A stretch of DNA of 60,000 bases from assembly GCA_965235115.1 (NCBI GenBank), contig OZ249436.1, positions 51,586,001 to 51,646,000 on the forward strand, given 5' to 3'. Below the pieces are notes generated by a model. That model searched no databases. It was not told where the DNA came from and worked only from the letters and a program-made list of their open reading frames with translations. Shown here one piece after another: positions 15,301 to 27,544 of the stretch (its first letter is position 1; the number at the start of each line of letters is the position of its first letter). The DNA comes from Laetmonice hystrix. Taxonomy: Eukaryota. The position numbers and the translations under genes are program-made.

Positions 15301-17803
15301 GGTCATGCCATACATGGCAAACGGCGATCTGAAGAACTATCTCGCCGACAGCAAGCGGGTGAGTGAAAGGGCCTAATTGTACCATTCATGGACAATACTA
15401 TCGTACAGAGTTTGAAGACAAAACATTTATTTAGTTCCTGATTTATTTATCTTAAAAAATAAACTTTTACCTTATCCTGGCTCGGGTAAAATCGTCAATG
15501 AATTTTTTTCATGTCCATTCTTTTGTTGTTCTCTAAAAGGTTTAATCGGCAACTGCCCTCATTCTTGGTTATTTATACTTTCCTTATCCAACCACCCTTT
15601 TCTCAAAAATTCTTATCCAACCATTATTTTCTTAAAATTTCTTATCTAACCATTATTTTTTTAAAATTCCTTATCCAACCGTCATTTTCTCAAAGATTCT
15701 TATCCAACCATTATTTTCTCACAATTTCTTATCCAACCGTCATTTTCTCAAAAATTCTTATCCAACCATTATTTTCTCACAATTTCTTATCCAACCATCA
15801 TTTTCTCCAACGTTGAGAAAGAAGAAGTGTGTAAGAGTTTGTTATAGGCCCCTATGGATTATTTGCAGAATCTGGTTATAAAGGACCTTGTTACATTCGC
15901 GCACCATGTGGCTAGGGGCATGGCCTACCTCTCCAGCAAAGGATTTGTTCATCGTGATTTAGCTGCACGTAACTGCATGTGAGTTTCCGCAACCCGTGAT
16001 CTTTTTATACGCCGCGTGTTACTCTCAAATGTTTAAGTTGGTAAACATAAATGACAAACGAAAGATAAGATTGACTGTATTATAATGAAGGCCCACACAA
16101 ACTGTATTTTCTTGTCCCTTCATGTAAACGAAACTTGGGGCAGTGACGCGGGGTTGTTGTTTTTTTCCCTGTTTTTCCCCGATGCAAACGGGCAATGGCC
16201 GAATGCTTTTGGGTACATAAAGAGGTCTTAAAGAAAATGAAGAAAATTTATTAAAGAATGTGAAAAACCTGGCCGCCAAAGACTGACGGGGATGGGGGTT
16301 CAGGTGATGCGCGCCGGGGCAAGAAACGAAACATTTTTGGCCTTAAACAAGTTCACGTTTTATTCCGATTAATTTAATCCCTTCCAGGGTGTCAAACTCG
16401 CTGATCGTGAAGGTGGCTGATTTTGGCCTGTCCCGTGACGTGTATGACACTGAGTACTACAAACCCGAGGATAGAAGTGTGCCCCTTCCCGTCCGATGGA
16501 TGGCCGTCGAAAGCTTGCCTCCGAAAGATATGAAGTTTACTACCAAATCAGATGTGGTAGGTTCATGTATTTTACGTGTTTACCCTGTTTAAAGAAGTGA
16601 ATTACCTTATATGGCTTCAGTGAGCTTGGCCTCCAACTTGCCGAGAATGTCCCCATAATTTATAATCTACGATTATTTTACTAGTATTCAGCTATCATAG
16701 TGTTATATACAATTTGTATCGAGGTTGATTACCCCATGTAAACCCTGTTCACCCAATCCACTCGGATGTGTGAGTAGGACTTAGACTGAAGGACGGAGTA
16801 AACCTAAGCAAGTAGTCGAAGTAAGGACATGGATGAGCGTCTTGACCTTGCTTAATTTTTTAAGTGTCCCGGTGTTTTTTCAGTGGTCATTCGGTATCCT
16901 GATATGGGAACTGTTCACGCGAGGAAACACGCCCTATCCGAGCCTAGACAACATGTCCGTTATTAAGTACATCCAAAAAGGCGAGAGATTACAACCGCCC
17001 TCACACACACCTCCTGACATGTAAGTATTATGCCTTGTGGGAAGTACCGAGTAGTATGACTTCCTATTCATGTTCAATCGTAACTACGGCTCTATCTTGC
17101 ACGGTGTAGGACTAGTAAACCTTAGAAGATGCCAATGACATTATTATATGACACCATATGACAAGCCAGGTAATAAATCGTTTGAAAGAGCATATATGAC
17201 TTGCTATTCGCGTTGCTGCAAAACAGATATTATTTGTGCCCTCCGCCACTGGTTATACAAGTGGCGGCTGTAGGCCTACCCCAAGTCTTTGTGCCTCAGT
17301 TTCCTCTAGAAAAAACCTCAAAGAACGACATGCAGGAACTGGGAGCTCCCCCCCCCCCACTCGCCACCACATACACAATATGTACATGCAGTGTACTTTG
17401 CTGCCCCCCCCCCCACACACACACTTCCTTGATGAGGGATGGGATAATAATGGAAGTTTAAGAGAAGTTTATCTTACCCCTTTCACGGAAGATAAATTTG
17501 GGAAGTTTCAGAAAAGTTTTTCTTTCCCCTTTCACGGAAGACAAACTTGGGGGCGAGGACATCACGGTCAAATCGTGCAGTCCAGCATATCTTGTTGGCC
17601 TTTATTTTTACTACTTTTATTGGGAAAATACAGATTTATTTTCCTCTTTCAGTGCTGCGATGATGACAACTTGTTGCGAGACAAATCCAGACAAGAGACC
17701 AGTCTTCCGGGAGATCTCTGAAAAATTGCACGAAGTACTTTCAGCAGACGGTTCAGGAGTGGATTATCAAAACATTGTTCAAGGACTGAAAGGCGTCCCA
17801 TAG
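12324..17803 (+). CDS. Single-pass receptor-type tyrosine kinase, Met/Ron-like kinase domain, very short ectodomain (~459 aa)
   Basis: Exons 12324-12336 (tentative), 12663-12977, 13307-13528, 14123-14206, 15180-15358, 15869-15978, 16388-16556, 16884-17020, 17653-17803; total 1380 nt, phases consistent. TM helix [28 protein letters not shown] followed by PKRKKK. Kinase motifs [62 protein letters not shown]; tail YQNI. Confidence 0.9.
14445..14711. mobile_element. Harbinger/Tourist-like MITE in a kinase intron
   Basis: TIR GGGGCGGACCATTT / AAATGGTCCGCCCC; TAA at 14442-44 and 14712-14; internal AAACTATTT repeats. Confidence 0.8.
14731..14830. repeat. ~30-bp tandem repeat x3
   Basis: CTCGTCCTGTGGTGTATCCAAACAGGCCCTCGG-like units. 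Confidence 0.85.
15580..15807. repeat. ~29-bp minisatellite in a kinase intron
   Basis: TTCTTATCCAACCATTATTTTCTCAAAA-like unit, about 8 copies. Confidence 0.9.
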
Positions 17804-19126
17804 GACTTCCACACCGTGAGCTGGGCCCGACCAATCATGCTCAAAACTCGTACTTTCTCGCTGTTGTCATGGTCCGATATTTACGTCATGCTTACGTCAT
17901 GCTAGATTCTTCCGATGGAGGCAAAAGAAGCAAATATGTACGGCCTCTGTCTGGAGCCAAGAACGGGGCGGCTCAAATCACAGCGACGGGGAGGGTGGTC
18001 AATAAAGAAAACGATGCAAGACGCTTGATTACGGCCAGAATGTCACTATGCCTTCTCATTCAGTGCAAGACTTATCAACAGGATTATAAGTCCTCTTGGT
18101 TTTTGCAGCGTGGCATAAAAAGGCTCAACACATTGGCTCCTATATAGCAACCATAACGACCTACGTCAAGTGTTTTTGCCACCAATCACAATACACTGGC
18201 GAAGGGAAATCCCTTTACAAAATGCCTGTATTACATTTACAACTACTATACTGGCTTAACAATTAATAATAAATCAATCGAGGGGGGATAATTACTCCGT
18301 TTCTGTTTTCACGGAGAACGAATGTACAAGATGTGAACATTTCAGTAAACCTACAGTATTTATTTCAACCCGTTATTTTAATGTCCACATTAAACAATGC
18401 TATAGAAGCAAGACGTTGTTGACATTTAAGGCATTCAGTAGAAATCAGGGGTTGAAATAATAACACTCATTAATACCTGGAGAGATTTGGACATGTAAAT
18501 CATGAATCAATCTTAACAAAATAATATTTTGTTAAGATTGATTATATATTATATAGCCATTTTTTTAAACACAATATGTACAGATGTATACTTGTTTGCC
18601 CTGAACTGGCATAACATGCAGGTAGTAATATTTAGGAGGGCCTGGTTCAAGACCTGTACACTACTCCAATATTCATAGGGAAACTCCTGAATTGACGGCA
18701 ATGTAACCACAATTACCAATCGTTGAAAGAACCGTTTTATGGTTTATTATCTCACTCTGGTGCCGCTAAAAGTTACATTATGCTTTAATAATATAACTTT
18801 TGTAGGGTCGAAGGTAACCTTTCTTAGCAGTGTGCTAATATTGTATAGATATTGCATTCGTCGGGCAAGGCTCTCGTGATCCATGCCCAAAGTAAGGGTA
18901 CGAACCACGAGAGCCTAAGCTCCCTCCGACATGCAATAAACCTATCTAAAACGTCTTCTCATGGGTGGAAACCCCGCATTGTGATAGCAGAGAAACAGAG
19001 AGAAAGCGAGACTGAGACAGAGAGGCAGACAAAGAACAGACGCAGACCACGAGTGAGATAGAGATACTATTTTGTACAATGGATGTGAATACAGGTTTCA
19101 GGGTTTTTATGTTGGCGTAATGTCGG

Positions 19127-19372
19127 TGGATGGATGGATTGATGGATGGATGGAGGGATGGATGGATGGGCAGATGGATGGATGGACAGATGGATGGATG
19201 GGGAGATGGATGGATGGGGAGATGGATGGATGGATGGCAGATGGATGGATGGGGAGATGGATGGATGGATGGCAGATGGATGGATGGGGAGATGGATGGA
19301 TGGATGGCAGATGGATGGATGGGGAGATGGATGGATGGATGGCAGATGGATGGATGGATGGCAGATGGATAG
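19127..19372. repeat. (GGAT)n microsatellite with higher-order GGGAGA/GGCAGA interruptions
   Basis: Direct reading; explains the low-complexity MDGW/PSIH ORFs. Confidence 0.95.
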
Positions 19373-20249
19373 ACGCATGGGGCATGGGATGGATGTTGGG
19401 ACGGACGGACGTTTGTTAAAAATATAATTGTTTACATGATGTGGGTGACTGATTTGTACTTAGTATTAATTTTATGTGATACATTAGATGTGCACTCTTG
19501 TTATATATTGTAGACAGTTGTACAAAGGTTAATTACACTGCGGGATGTATAAGGTAACATAACATCACATATGTCAATTAGCTGTATAGGCCTATACTGT
19601 AATGGAGCGCCTATGTATGGCTGGCAACTCAAAGTGGGTCAGTAAGTTGTATACCACTGAAGAGAACCTCAGGAGCAGTCAATTACGACGCCAGCAAAGT
19701 GGTCAAACGAGAAGTTAATACCAACCAGCGATATACCTGTCAATGCACTGTTTCCATGTAACCGGACGTATTAAACCGGACGTATTGAAGCGGACATATT
19801 ATGTCCCAAAAGCAGCAGATGCCAGTTGGACAGTGATACCATGTACGTTTTGACATTTGACATTGACATTAATCAAGTACCGAGATTCAGTCTCCAAAAA
19901 TTTGGAAATAAAGATTCTGAAACTCATCTATTGAAATCCAGAAGTGCGTGACGTGGACTCTCAATGCTCAGACTGCAATACTTTACTTGAAATAAATAAA
20001 CTGTACTCGCTATGCGGTTGACTCGTTTCTTGCGTCATGAGTGGAGTGGACAGGTAAGGATCCAGGATTTTTTTTAAAGGAGGGGGGGGGGGGCACAGAC
20101 TTTTTAAGAATAAGCATTCATTAAAACTAATCTCGAAATTGTTGCTTGAAATAACAACAATGTTATTTGAACTAAAGGAACATCATTTATTCAAGCAGCC
20201 AAATGTAAGGTCACATTATAATGCCGCGGTTTTTTGACCCCCCCCCCCA

Positions 20250-20283
<34 letters not shown>

Positions 20284-20558
20284 ACCCCCGTGTCCCCTGG
20301 GTCCGTACCTGCCCGAGTAAAATCTGTCCTGTTATTCAAAAGGAGAAAAGTACGTTAAAAGAAGCCAGTTTAATCCCATCTAACCTCTGAGTAGAGGAGT
20401 AGGTAAACAACTCCCTTCCAATTGTTAACGACTCTGATTAAGGAATGTCATATAAAAAATAGTTGGATGTTGTGTAGAGTTGAGTCGGATCGCTACATGA
20501 ATGCCCGATGTCAACCTTCATTTTGCGAGCTGAAACCGCGCTAGACCTGTTGCTACTA

Positions 20559-20748
20559 CTGTGGCCGAAAAGTACAAGCATTCTCGGCTGGAGGATTTCA
20601 ATCCTCGAGTCACAGATGTCGCTACTCGGGTCAGATGTTCCTACTCGATATCGACGAACCGAGTAGCAACATTTGACCGGAGTAGCGACATTTGTGACCC
20701 GAGGATCAACATCCTCCTGCCGAGAATGTTTGTGCTTTACGGCCACAG
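20559..20748. mobile_element. Fully palindromic MITE with TA target duplication
   Basis: TA|CTGTGGCCG...CGGCCACAG|TA; the two ~90-bp halves are reverse complements. Confidence 0.82.
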
Positions 20749-21811
20749 TACATAGTAGTGTGACATCTGATGCGTGTAGGTATGCGGGGAAGGGTAGACT
20801 CTATGGAGTATGGCACAAAAGTGGTTAACGTGATCTTTGGAGCGTTCACATGGAACGCCGAACAGGAGAAGACCACTTTATTTATTTTGGAAAAACAATA
20901 TACACCTGTTTTTTTTCAAAAATCACATTCACACCATGCCGGATAGAAAACTGATAATTCAGCCAAATACGAGGGAAAGAAATATCGACTCTAGAGCAGG
21001 AAAAATACTTCTGAATGACGCAGCTCTTTATTCTGACGCTTACTATGAACTCATCTGAGATAGACTGAGCACGATTGTCCTGCTGAAGTTTGCCCTTGCT
21101 CATCCTCACCTCCCCTTGTCTCAGCTCAGTTCACCCTTGTTCAGGGTGGGAAAATATCCCCAAAAACCGGGCCCAGATGAAAGGGCTAACATAGGCTGAC
21201 ATGTGTGCAGGCTTGTAACGTTTAAATCACAAATACATGTAATTACTCTGGGCCTTAGTTTGGAGATGCAAGAACTTTTATAAGCCGATGTGCCTGTGCA
21301 GCTTTTATAGCCGGGATGACGTTTTGAAAAAATCATGCAGCCAACGAAACGTTTAAATTGCATGCAAATACCAAATGGAGTTTCACTCTTGTCATATCAT
21401 TTAGTAACGGGAAACTTTCTAGAAATCTTTGCGCCGTGTACATCTGCAGTATAATAACAAGCTTGAGCTAGCAGAAAAAACAGACACGTGATATCAATAA
21501 AATCATGGTGACTGCTTAATCATGGTGACTGCTTGTCACCATGCTGTATGAAAGTGCCTCAGTCAGTTGTAATACGATAAATCTGGAAGGTTATCTGTAA
21601 CAGTGAGATAACTTGGAAATAGGTGTTTCAGCTGATTGTCAAATTAATGGTCCATTCACCTTGAAGGTATGCTCGCATACTTACACAATTAAAGATCGTC
21701 TTTATATGTTTGAATGTACACTTGCTTAAAGCTATACTTTAGAATAATATGTCCTTTAGCTTGAATCACAGTTGACAGAAAGATTCTCCTTGCCACTGGA
21801 AATCTTACTCG

Positions 21812-24800
21812 TTATAGGTCAGCAAAAAGAATGTTGCTTATAAGTTCCTTGGGGGCGTGAAGGAGTTTGGCATTTTTTTCCAGAACGATAGACTTGCCCA
21901 GAAAATGGCGGACTTTTATCCTGCAGATGTCCTTGAGACTTCTAGGATTGGCCAGAAAGTCGAAAAACCACTTGCATGATGCGGTGTCTTCCTCAAGAAA
22001 ACGAAGTGTTTCCTCTCGGATCCGAGCCCATATCAAAGCGTCGAGAGGGCCTCTGTCGTCTGGTTTGAAGTACACAGGATTGTAAACAGAGCATCCCGCC
22101 TTCAGCAATATCTTAGCTATATCAAAACGTCCCTTCCCTAACGCAAGCTCCAACGGGGTATAGTCCCATGCAAATACCCGACAGCCGTTACTAGGGACAT
22201 TGAGATCACAATTTAATCGGACGACCAGCTTAGCAACTTCGACATGGCCCTTCAAGGCAGCCAGCCAGATTATAGTTTCACCAACTGACGTTTGGTTGTC
22301 GATGTCCGCGCCAGCTTCCAGCATCAGGCGAATGGACTCAGCGGATCCTACAACGGCCGCTAGGTGGATGGCGCCTTCTCCCCTCTCGCCACACAGTCTG
22401 TCTAGATCGGGGATGTAGGGCAGGAGTTCGCGCACTATTGCAGGGTTGTCGGCGCCCATGAATAGAGGATCAAATCCCCATGGGTTGATGAGATGAGGGT
22501 TGGCCCCAACCTCTGTAAGTAATCCGTGAAAAGATTAGTTAGTCGGGAGATCAATACAGAAACGTATCCATTTAGAAATCTATAGTGCAGTTGGCTTAGA
22601 CCCATAGTATATTGTTTCCCCAATAAAAAGAATAGAAGAATTTGTTTCCCCAATAAAAATAGAAGAAATAAAAACCACATATTTTTCCATATAGCCTCGA
22701 GTTACCGGAGCTGGTGTTTTAAGACTATATATTTAAGGAAGTGCATTAATGCCTTCAAAATATTTCATTTATATAAACTACACTGTTGCTGTCACCGTTT
22801 GGGCAAAATGTAGATCGGTCTTCTATACGTTTGTTTCGACGATCCCAGTCATCACGGCAATAAAACGAATTTAATAACGAACCGTTGTTTCCTGCGGGGA
22901 TCAGGCCCCGGTTTCAGAAAGGCTCTAAGCTAATCCGAGCTACGGTAGCCCATAGGGACATAAAGAATGATTTTCATCACTATTTTCAAAGTGATAATTT
23001 TTTAACCATGGTGGTAATATTTCACTGCAGTATTTCCACTGCCGCGAGAATATCCATGAAAACCAATGTAGAAAGTTTAAGTTTCTGTGTGTCTCGTGGG
23101 CCATCGTATAGCCCTGCATCCTTCGCTTCAAGCTTGGTGCCAAAAGCTAGCCGTTTTGAAACCGGGGACAGTAGGCTACTCTTTCCTTACCGAGTAAAAA
23201 CCTCACAGCCTCCACCTGACCGAAGTGGCAAGCCATAATGAGGGCGCACGAGGCGCCGTCGGTCTGCCTGTCGAGTTGGGCGCCATGATCGAGCAGACGA
23301 CGTAACACGTTCACCTGTCCACACTCGGCGGCGCGCATCAGCGGCGTCTGCGACACTCGTGACGTCATCGCCTCCACGTCCGCCCCCGCCTCCACCAGGA
23401 CGTCGACGCATTCAATGCGGTCCTCCTCACAGGCGACATGTAGAGCAGTGCCTGATGCATCGGGACAAAAAAATGAGGCAATATGCACTTTATTAGCCTA
23501 TATATTATGCGCATTCTATCTGCCGGTGCCAATGAGGGGGTGGTCAGTATTATGAAACGCGTGTTCAAAACATTTCAAGTGGGCACTTGAAACCGCGTCT
23601 TTTCTACGAGGGTTCCGTGACGGTGGCCCGTATGGAACGTGTTCCATACGGACTGATTTGATTTTTACGGGTTGATGCGACGTTCACTATGAGGTCCTAT
23701 GGATGCGCCGGAACATGTAGATCTATTATGAATTACTGTTTATTTCATGTATCAGGTTGTTCCAACTTTGTGAGCACCGTGTAGAAAATATAGGGGAGGG
23801 TGCCCCGCCGCTGTGACATCGCGGTAGACGCTTATACTGTTGGCTGTTTTCCTCAAATTAGAAATAATCCAAGCGCATAATAAACATGCACATTATGGGA
23901 TAAAGCTCCTTCACCATGGGAAAGTAGGCCTATATGGAACTTGATATCTGCTTTAAACACTGCCTGGGCGCCTATGTCGTTGCTCTATTCTATTAAAGGT
24001 GATAGGCCTTCATGATTGTATTCGTGAAACTGAGTCCTTGCAATGTTGACAATATACGGGAGCTCTATAGCAATTATATGAACCTATAGGGATATCATCG
24101 ATCGTGTGTGCATGCACTCAGTCAACCTTTTAACAAGCGCGTAAAATCGGAAGACAACACACCAGTCTCTTTTTCCCCATCAAATGAAACATTATAGAAG
24201 GTTCGGGGCCTACCTATGTCCTCGTCTATATTTAGCAGGACAGCATCCTTGTTGAAATCTAGGAGAAGGCGCATAATGTCAACGCTGGCGTCCTGTGTAG
24301 CTGTTATCAGGGCGGTATACCACAAATAAGGGTCCACCACTGATGCCTTGGAGATGCATGGATGTTTGAGGACTGCCTCCACGAACTCTTTCTGTCCCCC
24401 GTGACAGGCGATGTCGACGGCCGTGTAGTCGCTCCTGTTCCTCTTGGTCGCCAGGCAGTAGTTGTTCATGAGAAGCTCCACCAGAGACACAGTGTTATAT
24501 CTTGCCGCCGCATGGAGGACTGTGTCTCCATGATCGTTCAGTGGAGTGTTCACATCAACGTCTTTATAAGTATAAAAATACACTTTAATTAAAGGGATCA
24601 GGAAATCAAAGAAAGAAATGCATGTGCGATAAGCTGTTCAAATAGGATCTATATTTAGACCTACTTTAGCTAGGGAGTAATTAAATCGTTTGTATTAGTT
24701 TTCTTAGTTTTTCTAACTGCATGGCGAATTGGCCCTGATGCCCTACCCAGGGCAGTTGATAAATACAACTGTGTTCTGTATATACGACAGGTGCCCCTTG

Positions 24801-25319
24801 GAGCATCAAACTGCCCAAAAGCAATTTCTGGCTATACATGTATACCCCTTGACTGTTTTCCTCCTTAGACCCCACCCCAAGTAACCCACTCAACTTATCC
24901 CCAACCTTTCCAACATCCTGGCTCAGCCTGACCCAACAATCAATGACCCAACTGAACACAACGTGTTTTTGATGGCTTAGCTCCGTACCGAACGACAGGA
25001 GGACCTTGAGACAGTGGCAGTCTCCAGTGTGAGACACTGTAAACAAGAGTCGGACTAGCAGTGCCATGAAGTCCTCCCGGCTCCGAGTTAACTGCGCAGC
25101 TCCCAGGAGTTCGCGCAGTTCCTCCTCCTCGCCGAGCTGGGCTGCGATCATAATGTCATCGTCAATGTCATCTACGTCGTCGGCACCATCGGCAGAGTCG
25201 TCGGCCGCTCCAGGGAGGTCGTCTTGGCCAGGGGGAAGGGGCATGTCATCCTGCTGGTCCTCCTGCTGTCCACCCTCATCCCCTGCCCCGCCGGCCCCGC
25301 CGCCGCCATGGTCGTCCAT
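21812..25319 (-). CDS. Ankyrin repeat and SOCS box protein (ASB-like), ~563 aa
   Basis: Exons 25319-24989, 24561-24163, 23451-23191, 22512-21812 (all phase-1 GT-AG, 1692 nt). Ankyrin repeats (GDTVLHAAA, GTALHVAC, SQTPLMRAAECG, YTPLELAL). C-terminal SOCS box PRSLKDICRIKVRHFLG...LHAPKELISNIL. Acidic/Gly-rich N-terminus. Confidence 0.9.
22905..23168. mobile_element. MITE with CAG target duplication in an ASB intron
   Basis: GCCCCGGTTTCAGAAAGGCT / AGCCGTTTTGAAACCGGGGA imperfect TIRs; CAG at 22902-04 and 23169-71. Confidence 0.6.
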
Positions 25320-27544
25320 CTTACATATAGTGATGGGTCCTACGTCAATGGTTATGGGGTTGGTTGGGAGATGGGGAATGGGCAGGGGTCGGGCAGCAGC
25401 ATCCACACGTACCTATAGCACCCACCCCAGACCGCTTGGGGCCGGGCTGAGCGGGGTTGAGTAGGGGTATGGGGGGGGGGGGGGTGAAACACGATCTTTA
25501 CGCTCCCCTCTCCCCTTCTGGCTACAAACTGCGGCTTCCACCTGCTGGAGGACGAGGCAACCACAGGCCACAGAGCACATTGTGTAAATTAGTAGGCCCC
25601 TATACATTATGTGAAACCTCCGCGATCTGTGAAAAAAGTCTACGTCATGCAAAAATCAACGTCAAAAAAGGCAACGGCATATTATGTAACCATTATCCTA
25701 ACGCAAAACATTTTATGTGAAAAAATTCCTTTAAAGAATGGTGTCACATAATTATGCGAAAAAGGATTCAGCCAGGGTGTAGCCAGGGGGTTCGAGGGAT
25801 TCGGATCCCCCCCCCCCTCTCTTGTGTGGCACTATAAAATTAACCCACGTCAAATCAACTGTTCAAGCTTCTCTCATGAACGCACAAGTTACATCATCAG
25901 GAAGACAGTTCAACCTCTAATAGCTCCATGACTTCCGCTCTGCGCTGTCACGAAGAAGGGGCGTCGACTTACCTGACGCTGGACCGTGGAGAGGGAAAAG
26001 AGGGTAAATTGGAAAAGTATACAATAAAATCGGCTCAATGAGATAAAAGGCGTACGCATGAAGGACACCGCCAGACGCAGTATTCGTAAGATTAACCGAC
26101 GTGTTCGGGAATAAAAGTACCGTGCAGTTCAATAACTAGGCCCTACATAGGCCTACAAAATGTGCCGGCCTCCTTTCATCTTTTCTCTATATCTTCATGC
26201 ATCAAGACATCAAGACAAGACATCAAGACATAGTAAAACGTGTATTTATTGTTTCTGTCCAGACGTAGCTCTAGGAATTCATTCTCCTTCCCATGCATAT
26301 GTTCCTCCTATATTCTATGAGCACAATTTTGGTCAAACACGCAATTACAAATGGGATAAGCTGCCCCTCACCAGCAGGGGAGTCCCTCATCTCGGGAGGT
26401 CTGAACCACGGGGAGGGGGGATAAGCTAGACTGTAAAGTTATACAATACTGCATCGTGCACTTGTCGGGTCTGTGTCAAGTTGTAAAGTTATAGGGCCGT
26501 GGTTTCGGGCATTCAGGTGGAGATCGACTCCACTGTCACAGTTAATGGATGTTTCAGAAAACTGCCTTAATGCTCTGGTTAAGGTTCTATTCGAGGTCGG
26601 GTGTTTTGCAGGCTATTTGAAAAGGTTTTGTAAAAACTAGTCCTTCATCAATCCAAATGTAGACAGAGGCGTAGAAAGCTGTCTTCAGTAGGGGGGGGGG
26701 GGGCAACAGAAATGGTGATAAAACACGTAATGTGTGGGATAAGGGTCCTTCACTGGGGGGAAAGTATGGAACGAGCACATGGCACATGAATACGACCCAC
26801 CGAATGTGGAGTGCAGTATTCATGCGCCAGGCATGTCGATACCAAGAATTTTGTTTTGTTTTGCGCCCCCCCCCCCCCCGTCAACATTGAAGAAGTTTTG
26901 TACGCCCTTTTCTTACACCACTGGTTGATGTAGATTTCGTACGAATATATTTACATAGAGCCTGTACTTCGTGGACTTTGCCACCGTCAAATATTCCACA
27001 CCTGTTCGTCAGCCCCCGTGTACTCGGCCTGCGATAGAATTTGCAATTACATGTCACGCCCTCTAGTGGAAATTGTGGCTACAATAAACTGAACCGTGTC
27101 ACCGAAAACGTGAGGAACAAGAGAATTCAAATCGTAATGCTTTACTGCCAGATAGGCAAGACCACCGCGTAACGGTAAAATCCCATTACATCCCAACACC
27201 TCTGCTACCTGGACTCCAAGTACGATCTCCTCAATATTATATACACTCAATGGTCTCAATAATTAGACAAAAAACACAGCGAGGATTTCCTTCCAAACAT
27301 GTACAATTTTATTAACATTTTAAATACCACTGCTCTGACACACGAGTCGGTGAAACGCCAGCTGGACTTCAATTCTGCATACATGCATTTGTTGTCTTCA
27401 CACATATTTCATGCCACAGGACAAGTTGGCAATGTACACTGGCCAAATAGGTTTCTCGATTTTCTTAACCTGTATTTGGCTGAACCGTGGCCTGAGGTCA
27501 TTCAGTCTATATAAGATTCTAACACAGTATCCTAACGGTTCATT

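Noticed and set aside
15580..15807. CRISPR-like periodic array
   Set aside because: These are head-to-tail repeats without unique spacers in a eukaryotic intron, and there are no cas genes.
19067..19427. Several overlapping ORFs (MDGW/PSIH repeats)
   Set aside because: These are translations of the GGAT microsatellite.
21046..21135. Imperfect hairpin in the ASB 3' region (SECIS or pre-miRNA?)
   Set aside because: The gene has no in-frame TGA, there is no clear SECIS core or AAR loop, and the stems are too interrupted for a pre-miRNA.
22833..22858. Minimal hammerhead-like GTGATGAC...GTCGAAAC on the minus strand
   Set aside because: C3 is replaced, the 10.1-11.1 pair cannot form, and no stems I or III are evident.
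24681..24988. Continuation of the 241-aa ORF past the ASB exon-1 donor
   Set aside because: This is intron read-through; the G|GTACGG donor at 24989 joins in phase to the ankyrin exon at 24561.
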